DNA of 39,123 nt from a virus: the IMG/VR virus record IMGVR_UViG_3300045988_025029, positions 1 to 39,123 of that record, one strand, 5' to 3'. The translations under genes were made by a program, and so were the position numbers. Below the pieces are notes generated by a model that worked only from the letters and a program-made list of their open reading frames with translations, was not told the DNA's origin and did not search any database. This document shows positions 14,823-24,984 of the stretch, in pieces (positions within the stretch are counted from its first letter, which is position 1; every line of letters begins with the position of its first letter).

Positions 14823-16775
14823 GTGAATCTTCTTGATCTGTTTGTGAAAATAGCTGTGCAAGACGAGGCAAGCGAAAATGTGGAGACATTATCAGGAAAA
14901 TTCAAAAGTGGGCTTGCCACTGCGGCTAAAGTCGGCGCCGCAGCTGTAGGTGCGGCTGCTACCGGCATTGCCGCGCTTACGAAAAACGCGCTTAACAACT
15001 ATGCTGAGTATGAACAACTGGTTGGCGGCGCACAGCTTATGTTTGGAGAAGCCTATGACTATATTGCAAACAAGGCAAAGAACGCATACAGCACCGTTCA
15101 AATGAGCCAGAATGACTATTTGCAACAGGTAAACGGATTTGCCACAGGCCTAAAAACAGCCCTTGGCGGCAATGAACGGGCGGCGGCAGAACTGGCCGAC
15201 AGAATAATCAATGCGGAGGCTGATGTGGTGGCGGCAACTGGCAATTCCCAGGAAGCCGTGCAAAATGCGTTCAATGGGATCATGAAGTCCAACTATACCA
15301 TGCTGGACAACCTACAAATTGGCATCACGCCAACAAAGGAAGGGTTTCAGGAAGTCATTGATAAAGTAAATGAATGGAACGCTGCAAACGGGCGCGCCAC
15401 AGCATACCAGTTAGAAAACCTTGCAGATTGCCAAAGTGCTCTTGTAGACTATATTGAAATGGTCGGAATGCAAGGGTATGCGTCAAGGGAAGCGGCGGAT
15501 ACAATTCAAGGATCTGTTGCATCCATGAAAGGTGCATGGAGTAATCTGCTTACCGGCATAGCTGATGATAACGCAGATTTTACGGTGCTGACAGGAAATT
15601 TTGTGGATAGTGTTGTCTCTGTTGGAAAGAACATCATACCGCGTATTAGCATTATCTTAGGAGGCATTTCGCGGCTTGTTTCTTCTGCGTCAACTGCCAT
15701 TATTCCGATGGTGATTACCACCATCACCGATAACTTACCTATGCTTTTGCAGGCAGCCGTAACTCTTGTTGGTGCATTAGGGCAAGGAATCATTGACAAC
15801 TTGCCAGCCATCACGCAGGCGGCAATCGACATTCTTTTCTTCCTTGCGAATGGTCTAATAGATAACCTTCCCACGCTCATTGACGGCATTGTGCAAGTGA
15901 CCCTGACGATTGTGCAGATGCTGACAAGCCCGGACTTTTTGACGCAGCTTATTGAAACGGCAATCTTGCTGATTATGACGCTGGCGAACGGATTGATTGA
16001 CGCGATTCCGCAGTTAATAGCAGCGATCCCACTGATTATCGGAAACCTTATTGCTGCAATTGTTGCAGAGCTGCCCAGCATTATCGCAATGGGGATTGAC
16101 CTGTTGTTTGCGCTGATTGACGGTATTATCCAGTGTATTCCGGAGCTTGTGGCGGCAATTCCCACGTTGATTATTGCGTTTATCAACGGTCTTGTAAATA
16201 ACCTTGACAAAATTATCCTTGCGGGGCCTCAAATCATCATATCGCTGATTACGGGCTTGATCGGGGCAATCCCCGAATTGATCGCATCCGTCCCACGGGT
16301 CATTATGGCAATTGTTGACACGATTCGCAATTATGACTGGGCGAGCATAGGTAAAAACATCGTCGAGGGGCTTAAAAACGGCATTGCCAATATGTGGAGC
16401 AACATAAAAAACTGGTTTAAAGACAAGGTAAACGGCCTTGTCGGCGGCATCAAGGATGCACTGGGCATCCACTCCCCGTCAAAGGTATTTGCTGGCATCG
16501 GAGAAAACATGGCGCTTGGCCTTGGGCAAGGCTGGGAAGACGAAATCGACGGCGTGACCGGTGAAGTGACAAAAACGCTTGACTTTAATGCTGGCATAAC
16601 TGCTGCGCCGGTCGAAGCCGGAAACAACGCAATAGTAATGCTTCTGTCAAAGTATTTGCCGCTGCTGGCAAATATGCAAGTCGTTTTGTCTGACGGGACG
16701 CTTGTGGGTGCCCTTGCGCCGGAGCTTAATGCAGAGCTTGCGCGGATCAACGCATTGGAGGATAGAGCGGTATGA
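14823..16775 (+). CDS. Tape measure protein
   Basis: 650 aa. Ala/Gly-rich N-terminus followed by long hydrophobic IDNLP/IPEL repeats. Lies after the G/T chaperones. GTG start with a GAGGTG RBS. Confidence 0.9.
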   Translation: MNLLDLFVKIAVQDEASENVETLSGKFKSGLATAAKVGAAAVGAAATGIAALTKNALNNYAEYEQLVGGAQLMFGEAYDYIANKAKNAYSTVQMSQNDYLQQVNGFATGLKTALGGNERAAAELADRIINAEADVVAATGNSQEAVQNAFNGIMKSNYTMLDNLQIGITPTKEGFQEVIDKVNEWNAANGRATAYQLENLADCQSALVDYIEMVGMQGYASREAADTIQGSVASMKGAWSNLLTGIADDNADFTVLTGNFVDSVVSVGKNIIPRISIILGGISRLVSSASTAIIPMVITTITDNLPMLLQAAVTLVGALGQGIIDNLPAITQAAIDILFFLANGLIDNLPTLIDGIVQVTLTIVQMLTSPDFLTQLIETAILLIMTLANGLIDAIPQLIAAIPLIIGNLIAAIVAELPSIIAMGIDLLFALIDGIIQCIPELVAAIPTLIIAFINGLVNNLDKIILAGPQIIISLITGLIGAIPELIASVPRVIMAIVDTIRNYDWASIGKNIVEGLKNGIANMWSNIKNWFKDKVNGLVGGIKDALGIHSPSKVFAGIGENMALGLGQGWEDEIDGVTGEVTKTLDFNAGITAAPVEAGNNAIVMLLSKYLPLLANMQVVLSDGTLVGALAPELNAELARINALEDRAV

Positions 16776-17440
16776 TAGGCAAGGTATTTTTTGACGGTAA
16801 GGATACTTATCAAGAATACGGCTTGCTTTTGGCAAGCAAAACCATATCGTTGCCCGAAGTCCGCACAAACATGATCGACGTCCCTGGCGTTGACGGCCTT
16901 TTGGACGCATCTGAAGCGTTGACGGGGGAACCCACTTATAAAAACCGCACAATTACCCTAACGCTTGTCGGCATTGAAAAAGTGAGCGGGAAAAACTGGG
17001 CAGCGGCTATTTCGGACTTTTCCAACGCCGTCCACGGCAAACAAGTCAAGGTAACATTTCCCGAAGACACCTCCCACTATTATAGCGGGAGGTGCTCCGT
17101 GGGAAGTGTGGAGCTTGCCAAAACAAAGCAGACCCTACCTGTTACCATAAACTGTTATCCGTGGAAGCTCAAGAACGAAAAAACCGTTGTTGCAAGAGAC
17201 GATCTTGGAACTGCCTATAAGCAGCTCACTTTGTCAAATGAGCGGCGGGCGGTCATTCCGTTAATCACCATAGCGCAAGACACCACATTGCTGTGGAGCG
17301 GCACTACCATAGCGGCCAGCGCAGGGGAAAATCTTATTTTTCCGGCTATACGCCTTGCTGCGGGGACTAATATCTTAAAAGCAAAGGTGGATAGCGGCAC
17401 GGGCAGTATTACAGTCACATATCAGGAGGCAAGCCTTTAA
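16772..17440 (+). CDS. Distal tail protein (Dit)
   Basis: ATGA overlap with the tape measure gene. N-terminus FDGKDTYQEYGLLLASKTISLPEVRTNMIDVPGVDG is typical of siphovirus tail-component proteins. Confidence 0.8.
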   Translation: MIGKVFFDGKDTYQEYGLLLASKTISLPEVRTNMIDVPGVDGLLDASEALTGEPTYKNRTITLTLVGIEKVSGKNWAAAISDFSNAVHGKQVKVTFPEDTSHYYSGRCSVGSVELAKTKQTLPVTINCYPWKLKNEKTVVARDDLGTAYKQLTLSNERRAVIPLITIAQDTTLLWSGTTIAASAGENLIFPAIRLAAGTNILKAKVDSGTGSITVTYQEASL

Positions 17441-19581
17441 TGTATCAGCTCAAATATAAAGACTATATCCTGTATCATCCCCGCCTCACGGAGCAGGGTA
17501 TGATTGTCCGCAAACCGTCCGTAAAATTGAGTGTCAGCAAGGCGGGCAGTATGTCCTTTATTGTCGACAATGACCACCCGTATTTGTCCGACTTGCAGCG
17601 CATGAACGGTGTGCTGGAGCTGCTGGATGGCTCACTTCCCATCTACAGAGGGCGCATCACCAAAGACACTGTTGATTTTTACAAAACACATAAAATCGAA
17701 ACGGAGGGCATGATGTCCTGCCTTAACGACAGCATTATCAAGCCTTTTGCCTACCCTGACGATTTTGCGGAGGACGCCGACTATAAAACCGCTGCGGCCT
17801 CCGGCAATGTAGTGGAGTATCTATTCCGCTGGTTTTTGATCCAGCATAACGCGCAGGTGTCCGATGAGCAGCAAATTTTACCAGGCGTCTGCACTGTCAC
17901 CGACCCCAATAATTACATCACCCGCAGCTCCGAGGATTACATGACCACAATGGAGGCCATTCGCGGCAAGCTGTCCGAATCCTCTCTGGGCGGCTATCTC
18001 TTGATCCGGTATGAGGACGACGGCAACTATTTGGACTATTACGCGGAGCTGCCCTTGACCAATACCCAACCGGTAGAGTTCGCGGCCAACCTGCTGGACT
18101 TGACCAGCGAGGTTGACGGCGCAGAGATTTACACTGCGATTTTGCCGGAGGGCAAAGACGGCCTTACGCTGGAGAGCTTGCCGGACGGCGCCTTGACGGA
18201 CGATCTTGTTAAGGACGGTTTGACTATCTACAGCAAGTCCGGCGTGGCCACCTACGGGCGCATTACTCGGCATATCAAATGGGATGATGTGACCGTCGCC
18301 GAGAATTTGCGCACAAAAGCAAAGGCGGCTTTGCTCGACAGTGGTCTGTCGATGCCGGAAACCATCACCTGTAAGGCTGTAGATCTGGGCTGGCAGGAGG
18401 CAGTGCAGCATTTTAGAGTTGGTCGCATGACCATGCTGGCCAGCACGCCCCACGGCTATAGCGCGTCCTACCCGCTCATGGAGTTGTCCCCCGATATACT
18501 CGACCCTGGCAACACCAAGATCACAATGGGCGCCACGCGGCGTACCTATACCGGCTCGCAGCTCGAATCTACAAAAAAAGTGTCGGAGAGCATTGTCAAT
18601 GTCCGCGCCGATCTGACAAAAAAGATCGACGACATAGAGGTTAAACCTGGACCCGCTGGCGCATCTGTGTGGATCACTTACCACGACGGCACAGACACTC
18701 CCGACGCGCCCACCGGTGACGGCACACAGGGCGGATGGCACACTGACCTGACCGCCTCTGTGGTGTGGATGTCACAAAAGGTGGCAGCATCGGCCACGGA
18801 CGGAACGTGGGGTGCGCCCATACGCATCCACGGCAAAGATGGCACGGATGGCGTGTCCGTAACCGCCACCGCCGTCGAATATTACCTCTCTACCTCCGAC
18901 ACAGAGCTTGCCGGCGGCATCTGGGGCGATACCGCTCCGGAGATTACAGACGGCACCTATTTGTGGAGCCGCACTAAGATCACTTATTCTGATGGCGACG
19001 TGGCCTATACCGGCGCTTACTGCATCAGCAAGGCCATGACCGAGAGCGCAAAGCCGCTCATAACGGAGACGCGCACCGCTGTCACGGAGCTGTCGCAGGA
19101 AATAGATAAATTTAAGTTGGACGTGGCCGAAACCTACACCGAAAAATCGGAATTTAACACGTTCCGGCAATCGACCGAGGCGAATATTGAGGTCAACTCG
19201 GAGGCCATTACGCAGCAATACTCCGAGATCAAATCGGTGGAGGAAACCGTAAAAGGCATTGATGGGCAAGTCAAAGATGTGACCGCCAAAGTGACGGCCA
19301 CAGAGGGCTACATCAAAACCGGAAAAATCGCCGAGGATGAGAGCCAAAACCCGCTTTACGGCGTGGAGGTCGGTCAGACTGGCGCTGACCAGCAGTTTTT
19401 TGCTTTTGCTCGGTTTTTGGCCAACAAGATAGCATTTTTGGACACATCCGGCCATGAGCTTAGCTATTTCTCGGGGCAAAAATATTATATCTCTGATGCG
19501 GTGATCCTTAATAACCTCAATCTTGGCGGCTACGAGATGAGCACAAAAAAGGGCATTACAATCAGATGGGCAGGACGGTGA
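17440..19581 (+). CDS. Tail-associated/baseplate hub protein (Tal, prophage tail endopeptidase-like N-terminus)
   Basis: 713 aa directly after Dit (TAATG overlap). Coiled-coil C-terminal region. Confidence 0.8.
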   Translation: MYQLKYKDYILYHPRLTEQGMIVRKPSVKLSVSKAGSMSFIVDNDHPYLSDLQRMNGVLELLDGSLPIYRGRITKDTVDFYKTHKIETEGMMSCLNDSIIKPFAYPDDFAEDADYKTAAASGNVVEYLFRWFLIQHNAQVSDEQQILPGVCTVTDPNNYITRSSEDYMTTMEAIRGKLSESSLGGYLLIRYEDDGNYLDYYAELPLTNTQPVEFAANLLDLTSEVDGAEIYTAILPEGKDGLTLESLPDGALTDDLVKDGLTIYSKSGVATYGRITRHIKWDDVTVAENLRTKAKAALLDSGLSMPETITCKAVDLGWQEAVQHFRVGRMTMLASTPHGYSASYPLMELSPDILDPGNTKITMGATRRTYTGSQLESTKKVSESIVNVRADLTKKIDDIEVKPGPAGASVWITYHDGTDTPDAPTGDGTQGGWHTDLTASVVWMSQKVAASATDGTWGAPIRIHGKDGTDGVSVTATAVEYYLSTSDTELAGGIWGDTAPEITDGTYLWSRTKITYSDGDVAYTGAYCISKAMTESAKPLITETRTAVTELSQEIDKFKLDVAETYTEKSEFNTFRQSTEANIEVNSEAITQQYSEIKSVEETVKGIDGQVKDVTAKVTATEGYIKTGKIAEDESQNPLYGVEVGQTGADQQFFAFARFLANKIAFLDTSGHELSYFSGQKYYISDAVILNNLNLGGYEMSTKKGITIRWAGR

Positions 19582-19585
19582 TAAC

Positions 19586-21520
19586 ATGGCATCGAGCGGA
19601 ATCGTAAAAACAACCACAGTATATGACTCCTATTTCTGGGTGAAATGGGAGCTGGCCGGTCAGGATATTGCCGGCAATAAATCCACCATCAGCTGGTCGT
19701 GCGGCATTACTCCGGGGCATCAGTTTTATTCAAACGCCGTAAAGATGTCCGCCGTGACGATCAATGGCTCACAGGTGTATGCCGGTGGGACGTACTCCAA
19801 CATCACCGACTACAAAGAGCGCACCCTCGCTTCTGGTACGCTGACTATTTCCCACAATTCAGACGGCAGCAAAACCTTTACAGTGGCGGCCTTCAGCGGT
19901 CAGGTGTGGAAAAACAGCGGCTATCTGACGGCCACGGCGGCGGCGCAGAGCTTTGCGCTGCCCACCATCCCCCGCGCTACCGTGCCGGTAATTGGCGCGG
20001 TGGTCATGGGGCAAACCGTGACCATCGGCCTGCCCCGTGCGGTGTCGAGTTTTACCCACACGCTGACCTATACTTTCGGATCAGCCTCCGGCACCATTGC
20101 CGAGGGCGCGGGCACAGAAGCGCAATGGGCGGTACCCTATGACCTTGCCGTGCAGATCCCCAACAGCGCCAGCGGAACAGGCACGCTGACGTGCAAGACA
20201 TACAGCGGCAGCACCCTCATAGGCACACAGTCAGTCAACTTTACCGCCACGGTGCCCAGCAACAGCACCACACAGCCCAGCGACACCATCGCCGTGTCGC
20301 CCGTCAGCTCTTTGGCGGCTCCCTTTAGCGGGCTATACATCCAAGGGCGCACCAAGGCCAAGATCACCCACACCGCCAGCGGCAAATATGGCGCAACCAT
20401 CAAATCCTATGCCGCAACAGTGGACGGGCAGACCTACACAGGGCAGGCACCCACCACGGAGATTCTGGCGACGCCTGGAACGCTGCCAATCACCGGCACG
20501 GCCACCGACAGCCGAGGCATCATCGGCACGGCCAGCGCCTCTATCACGGTGTTGGCTTACACGCCGCCCTCTGTGGAGCGCAATACCACCGCAGACGCTC
20601 TTGTTTGCACCCGTGCTCTTGCTGATGGCACACTGGACGATGACGGCACAGCGCTTTATGTGGCTTGCAGCCGCAAGTACTCCAGATTGGACGGCAACAA
20701 CGCCGCATCCGTGCAAGCCAGATACAAAGCGGAATCTGGCGAATGGTCTGCTTGGGTCACGTTTTTTGCCGAAAGCGCAAGCGGAGATAACTATGCCGGT
20801 ATCATTGCGGGGATAACGCTGGCGGTAGAATCCCCGTATACCATTGAGCTGCGGGCGGTAGATAAACTTGGTGAATCCGGCGGAACGCTGTCCTTTGCCA
20901 TCCCCACCTCCGAGGCAACTGTAGACTTGGGCGAGGGTGGCAACTCCGTGGGCGTTGGACGCCGCGCCCATGTGGGCACGGAGAAGCGGCTTGACGTCGC
21001 GTGGGACTCAAATTTTGAAAAAAATGTCAGGGTAGACGGAGATTTGTTTGTGGGCGATTTGACATCCCTCAAAGCCGCACTGGTGGACATTTTCCATCCG
21101 GTAGGCGCATATTACAGCTCGTCCGATCCCACCAGCCCCGCAGAGCTTTTCGGCGGAACTTGGGAAGAAGTACACGGCAGATTCCTCTTTGCTGAGGACG
21201 ATGCACATCCGGCGGGCAGCACCGGCGGCGAGGAAAAGCACACGCTTACAGTAGGAGAGATGCCAAGCCACGGAAATCACTTGATGCAAGGACGCATGTA
21301 CGAAGAACTGGCTGAGAACGCATCAAATGATAGCAGCTACCGTAGTAATACGTTGTATTTACCTAAGACCGCTTTCGCATCAACGGGCAATTTTAATAGA
21401 GGGTGGAAAGATTGGAACGGAGGGGAAATGTATCCGGCAGGAACACTAAAAGGCGGAGGGAATTCCCACAACAACATGCCGCCCTATCTGGCGGTTTACA
21501 CTTGGAAACGGATTGCATAA
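19586..21520 (+). CDS. Tail fibre/receptor-binding protein with a C-terminal tail-collar domain
   Basis: N-terminus YFWVKWELAGQDIAGNKSTISW (DUF859-like). C-terminus GGEEKHTLTVGEMPSHGNH is a tail-collar motif. Confidence 0.8.
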   Translation: MASSGIVKTTTVYDSYFWVKWELAGQDIAGNKSTISWSCGITPGHQFYSNAVKMSAVTINGSQVYAGGTYSNITDYKERTLASGTLTISHNSDGSKTFTVAAFSGQVWKNSGYLTATAAAQSFALPTIPRATVPVIGAVVMGQTVTIGLPRAVSSFTHTLTYTFGSASGTIAEGAGTEAQWAVPYDLAVQIPNSASGTGTLTCKTYSGSTLIGTQSVNFTATVPSNSTTQPSDTIAVSPVSSLAAPFSGLYIQGRTKAKITHTASGKYGATIKSYAATVDGQTYTGQAPTTEILATPGTLPITGTATDSRGIIGTASASITVLAYTPPSVERNTTADALVCTRALADGTLDDDGTALYVACSRKYSRLDGNNAASVQARYKAESGEWSAWVTFFAESASGDNYAGIIAGITLAVESPYTIELRAVDKLGESGGTLSFAIPTSEATVDLGEGGNSVGVGRRAHVGTEKRLDVAWDSNFEKNVRVDGDLFVGDLTSLKAALVDIFHPVGAYYSSSDPTSPAELFGGTWEEVHGRFLFAEDDAHPAGSTGGEEKHTLTVGEMPSHGNHLMQGRMYEELAENASNDSSYRSNTLYLPKTAFASTGNFNRGWKDWNGGEMYPAGTLKGGGNSHNNMPPYLAVYTWKRIA

Positions 21521-21530
21521 GGAGATCATC

Positions 21531-21785
21531 ATGACCGACACCATCATTGTAGCCCTCATCACCGGCGGACTGTCTCTGCTGGGGGTAATTATCACCAGCA
21601 ACAAGACCACCCGGGATGTACAGGCCAAGCTTGACACGCAGCAGGCTGTCACCGACACGAAGCTGGAGGAGCTGACCCGGGAGGTGCGGGAACACAACAA
21701 TTTCGCCCGCCGTGTGCCGGTGATGGAGGAGCAAATCAAAGTCATTAACCACCGGATCGCCGATCTGGAACAAACCCATCAGTAA
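21531..21785 (+). CDS. Membrane-anchored coiled-coil protein of the lysis cassette
   Basis: AAGGAG RBS. One N-terminal TM segment (IIVALITGGLSLLGVIIT) followed by a coiled coil. Confidence 0.65.
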   Translation: MTDTIIVALITGGLSLLGVIITSNKTTRDVQAKLDTQQAVTDTKLEELTREVREHNNFARRVPVMEEQIKVINHRIADLEQTHQ

Positions 21786-21828
21786 TTTTGTGTTGTGCCC
21801 GATTTGGGCACGGAAAGGAGCAAAAACC

Positions 21829-22044
21829 ATGAAAATCCCCAACAAGCTGTACGACATTCTCAAGTGGGTGGTCATTATCGTGCTGCCCGCCGTGGCGACG
21901 CTGTATGCTGCCCTGTCCGCCGTGTGGGCGTGGCCTTACTCCGAGGAGGTCGTGACCACCATCACCGCCGTGGATACCTTCCTCGGCGCCGTGCTGTGCA
22001 TCTCCGCAGCCACTTATAACAAGGGGGGCAATAACAATGCCTAA
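21829..22044 (+). CDS. Holin (Dp-1/LL-H-like)
   Basis: MKIPNKLYDILKWVVIIVLPAVATLYAALSAVWAWPY...ITAVDTFLGAVL. Two TM segments. Immediately upstream of the endolysin. Confidence 0.8.
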   Translation: MKIPNKLYDILKWVVIIVLPAVATLYAALSAVWAWPYSEEVVTTITAVDTFLGAVLCISAATYNKGGNNNA

Positions 22045-22705
22045 GGTCTATCTGTCCCCCAGCAATCAGACCGACAACCGCTACGCCTACGGCAACACCA
22101 CCGAGGCCGAGCAGTGCGGCCGCATCGCCGAGGCGTGCCGTGTGGCCTTGGAGCGCAGCGGCGTGACGGTGAAGCTGGGACACATGCCCTCCATGCATGA
22201 AAAGGTGCGGGAGTCCGATGCATTTGGCGCGGAGCTTCACGTTCCCATCCACACCAACGCCTTTAACGGCAAGGTCACGGGCACACGAATGTTCTGCTTC
22301 AACCAGAGCGGCGAGGGCATGAAGGCCTGCAAGGCTATCTTTGCCCGCCTGGCCCCGCTGACCCCCGGCACCAGCGAAAACATTCGGGTGGATGCGTCCC
22401 TGTACGAAGTACGGGCACCCAAAGCCCCTACGGCGTACATTGAGTGCGAGTTCCACGACAACGCCGAGGCGGCCAAGTGGATCGTGGAGAACACCGAACT
22501 TATCGGCGAGGCCATTGCCCGGGGCATCTGCGACTACTTCGCCGTGACCTACAAGGAGAAGGAGCAGCCCAAGCCCGCCGAGCCTGTCGCTACCGACAAG
22601 CTCTACCGCGTTCAGGTGGGCGCGTTCGCCAACCGCGAGAACGCTGAGAGGATGCTCCGGCGACTGAAGGACGCAGGGTTTGAGGGGTACATCCGAGAGG
22701 GGTAA
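22037..22705 (+). CDS. Endolysin: N-acetylmuramoyl-L-alanine amidase with a C-terminal SPOR domain
   Basis: Amidase_3-like N-terminus (YLSPSNQ...HVPIHTNA...ECEFH). C-terminus LYRVQVGAFANRENAERMLRRLKDAGFEGYI matches SPOR. Confidence 0.85.
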   Translation: MPKVYLSPSNQTDNRYAYGNTTEAEQCGRIAEACRVALERSGVTVKLGHMPSMHEKVRESDAFGAELHVPIHTNAFNGKVTGTRMFCFNQSGEGMKACKAIFARLAPLTPGTSENIRVDASLYEVRAPKAPTAYIECEFHDNAEAAKWIVENTELIGEAIARGICDYFAVTYKEKEQPKPAEPVATDKLYRVQVGAFANRENAERMLRRLKDAGFEGYIREG

Positions 22706-22797
22706 AACAAACCCACTGGAGGGCGCAGAGGATACCGATACGCCGACCTCGCGCTCGTGCATAAAGCATCCGCACCTCCACGGCTATTTTTTTGTGT

Positions 22798-23043
22798 ATG
22801 AACAGAAACCACAAGGCCGTAAGGGATTTTCTGTCAAATCTGCCGCCGAAACGAGCCGTTGCTTTTGTTGATTCTTTTTTGCTTCCTGACAATGAAGCGA
22901 TGGTGGTTATAGAATGCGATGTGCGCCGCAAAAGTTGCGTACAGGTATCTATGGAGCGGAATATGTCCGTTGAAACCGTAAAGCGGCACAGATGCAGAGC
23001 GTATCATAAAATTGCACAAGAACTATTTATCCCCCTGCCTTAA
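22798..23043 (+). CDS. Small sigma-70 region-4-like HTH protein
   Basis: LSNLPPKRAVAFVDSFL...MSVETVKRHRCRAYHKIAQEL. Confidence 0.6.
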   Translation: MNRNHKAVRDFLSNLPPKRAVAFVDSFLLPDNEAMVVIECDVRRKSCVQVSMERNMSVETVKRHRCRAYHKIAQELFIPLP

Positions 23044-23069
23044 CCGGCGGGGGGATTTTTGCTTTTTTT
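23031..23069 (+). terminator. Rho-independent terminator
   Basis: CCCCCTGCC-TTAACC-GGCGGGGG followed by ATTTTTGCTTTTTTT. Confidence 0.7.
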
Positions 23070-23078
23070 GACACTTTT

Positions 23079-23106
23079 CAGGCACTTTCGGGTGCCTGTT
23101 TTTTTG
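23079..23106 (+). terminator. Second rho-independent terminator
   Basis: CAGGCAC-TTTCGG-GTGCCTG followed by T7. Confidence 0.75.
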
Positions 23107-23135
23107 TACCATAAAAGCAGAAAGAAGGTGGCAAA

Positions 23136-23273
23136 ATGTACGAACGGCTTATAGCCTGCGGTTACACGGAGCAAATGGCAAGGGATATTTTGACCTTGTT
23201 CCAAGACCCGGAAGAATTGCGGATATATGTATATTTTGCCGAACTGTTTTGTAAAGAAAGGACGGTATGTTGA
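23136..23273 (+). CDS. Small hypothetical protein (45 aa), first gene of the post-lysis moron cluster
   Basis: GAAGGTGG RBS. TGATG coupling to the next ORF. Too short to appear in the supplied ORF track. Confidence 0.45.
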   Translation: MYERLIACGYTEQMARDILTLFQDPEELRIYVYFAELFCKERTVC

Positions 23274-23665
23274 TGGCATTTAATCCTTATTATCAGAATC
23301 CATATCAGCCGATGGGATATAACGGCCAGTACGGCAATTATGCCCCCCAGAACGCCGCAGGAGCCACGCAAGCGTTTGCGTGCCAAATTACAAGGGTAAA
23401 CGGTAGAAACGGCGCAGAGGCTTTCAGAATGGCCCCAAACAGCTCCATTCTGCTGATGGATGAAAACGACCCCATTGTGTGGATGAAACAGACGGACGGC
23501 GCTGGGTATGCAACGGTAACGCCTTACACGGTTTCTCCGTATCAGGCTACCCCGCCTGTGGATGTAAGCAGTCTGGAAGAACGCGTAAAGAGATTGGAGG
23601 ACACAATCAATGGCAAATCCAATGATGCAAATGCTGATGGGAAGCGGAAGCCGAAAGCCGAATAA
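23273..23665 (+). CDS. Hypothetical protein with a Tyr/Gln/Asn-rich N-terminus and a beta-rich core
   Basis: MAFNPYYQNPYQPMGYNGQYGNYAPQN... The start is coupled to the upstream stop. ATG at 23267 is an alternative start. Confidence 0.65.
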   Translation: MAFNPYYQNPYQPMGYNGQYGNYAPQNAAGATQAFACQITRVNGRNGAEAFRMAPNSSILLMDENDPIVWMKQTDGAGYATVTPYTVSPYQATPPVDVSSLEERVKRLEDTINGKSNDANADGKRKPKAE

Positions 23666-23828
23666 CCCCCTTGCGATGGTGGCAGAGTTCCGAAAATTTG
23701 CTGCCGGCATGACCCCGCAAAAAGCACAGCAGGAAATCGAGCGGTTACTAACTTCTGGGCAAATGAGCAAAGAGCAGTTTGCCGATTTGCAGAAACAAGC
23801 AAAGGACTTTATGCAATTCCTAAAATAG
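23610..23828 (+). CDS. Small helical hypothetical protein (72 aa)
   Basis: GGAGGA RBS 8 nt upstream. Overlaps the previous ORF by 56 nt in the +1 frame. Confidence 0.55.
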   Translation: MANPMMQMLMGSGSRKPNNPLAMVAEFRKFAAGMTPQKAQQEIERLLTSGQMSKEQFADLQKQAKDFMQFLK

Positions 23829-23878
23829 GCCGGGTCGACACGGTTTATTTATAAAAATTTATGAAAGGAGTTTTCCAC

Positions 23879-24490
23879 ATGGAGAACGGTATGTCTCTTA
23901 GCGATATCGCCGCTGTGACGCGCGGTACAAACGAAGAAAACGGCTGGGGCTCCGGCTGGTTTCTCATCGTTGTTCTGTTTCTGTTCATGTTCGGTTTCGG
24001 CGGCAACGGCTGGAATCGGCAGGGTGAGTTCGGGCAGTTCGCTACCGCTGCTAGCCAGCAGGAGATTCTCTTCGGCCAGCAGTTTGGGCAGCTCAACGAC
24101 CGCCTGACCAACATCGGTAACGGCATCTGCAATCTCGGGTACGAGATGCAGGGCGGCATCGGGCAGTTGGGCAAGGAGATGGCTTTGGCGCAGAACGGCA
24201 CCAACATGACCATCATGCAGACCAGCAACAGCATCCAGAGCCAGATGGCGCAGTGCTGCTGCGACACCCAGCGGGCTATTGATGGTGTAAACGCCAACAT
24301 CGAGGCCAAGTTTGCGGCGCTGGAGAAGTCTCAGCTTGAGCAGCGCATTGCGGAACAGTCCGCCCGCATTGCAAGCCTTGAGATGGACAATCGGATGTAT
24401 GGCGTGGTTCGCTATCCCAACGGCTACACCTACAACGCCGGTAATTCCCCCTTCTGCGGCTGCAATAGCTGCTGCGGCGCAAACATCTGA
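23879..24490 (+). CDS. Membrane protein: YjcZ-like Gly-rich TM segment, coiled coil, Cys-rich C-terminus
   Basis: AAAGGAG RBS. NGWGSGWFLIVVLFLFMFGFGGNGW, then QCCCDT and FCGCNSCCGANI. Confidence 0.7.
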   Translation: MENGMSLSDIAAVTRGTNEENGWGSGWFLIVVLFLFMFGFGGNGWNRQGEFGQFATAASQQEILFGQQFGQLNDRLTNIGNGICNLGYEMQGGIGQLGKEMALAQNGTNMTIMQTSNSIQSQMAQCCCDTQRAIDGVNANIEAKFAALEKSQLEQRIAEQSARIASLEMDNRMYGVVRYPNGYTYNAGNSPFCGCNSCCGANI

Positions 24491-24522
24491 CAAAATCGAA
24501 AGGCCCCTTTTGGCCGGGTGAT

Positions 24523-24552
24523 GGGCGGGGCTTGTGTCCCGCCCCTTTAATT
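24523..24552 (+). terminator. Possible terminator (imperfect GC hairpin followed by TTTAATTT)
   Basis: GGGCGGGG-CTTGTGT-CCCGCCCC pairs with one bulge. Confidence 0.4.
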
Positions 24553-24570
24553 TAGAAAGGAGATTTTACA

Positions 24571-24972
24571 ATGTCTTGCAAATCTGCGATTTACACTGCT
24601 ATGCAGACCCCCACGGAGGTTGCCGTAAATGGTGTTATCCCTCTGGGAAGTCTTATCCGCCGCTATGGATGTGATATTTCTTTGAACGGAAACGCTGTCA
24701 ATATCGTTAGCAAAGGATATTATGATGTCGATGTGTCCATCACTGTATCCCCCACGGCGGCAGGGACGGTCACTGCAACGCTTATCAAGGACGGCGTGGT
24801 TGTTCCCGGTGCAACAGCCTCCGCAAATGCTGCGGCTGGCGCGCCTGTTGCGCTGGCATTCCCCGCTCTTGTGCGTCAGGCGTGTTGCGCATCCGGCTCT
24901 GCGCTGTCGCTGGTACTGACTGGCGCGGCATCCACAGTTAGTAATGTTGCCCTCCGGGTACAGCGCATCTGA
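24571..24972 (+). CDS. BclA-C-terminal/BxpB-like (C1q/TNF-like jelly-roll) protein, tentative
   Basis: AGAAAGGAG RBS. The beta-strand pattern GYYDVDVSITVSPTAAGTVTATLIKDGVVVPGA...LSLVLTG...VALRVQRI resembles exosporium C-terminal domains. Confidence 0.65.
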   Translation: MSCKSAIYTAMQTPTEVAVNGVIPLGSLIRRYGCDISLNGNAVNIVSKGYYDVDVSITVSPTAAGTVTATLIKDGVVVPGATASANAAAGAPVALAFPALVRQACCASGSALSLVLTGAASTVSNVALRVQRI

Positions 24973-24984
24973 TGGAGGTGCGGG

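Noticed and set aside
15700-16330. Repetitive IDNLP/IPEL-type hydrophobic repeats, as a separate repeat element or membrane-protein gene.
   Set aside because: They are in-frame within the tape measure ORF. Such repeats are a normal feature of tape measure proteins.
19586-21520. Diversity-generating retroelement targeting the tail fibre; also CRISPR arrays or retrons anywhere in the window.
   Set aside because: No reverse transcriptase gene, no template/variable repeat pair and no regularly spaced repeat array were found on either strand.
23610-23665. The 56-nt overlap between two moron ORFs as evidence for a programmed +1 frameshift fusion.
   Set aside because: The downstream ORF has its own good GGAGGA RBS and ATG, and there is no slippery or stall motif in the overlap. 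Independent initiation is the simpler explanation.
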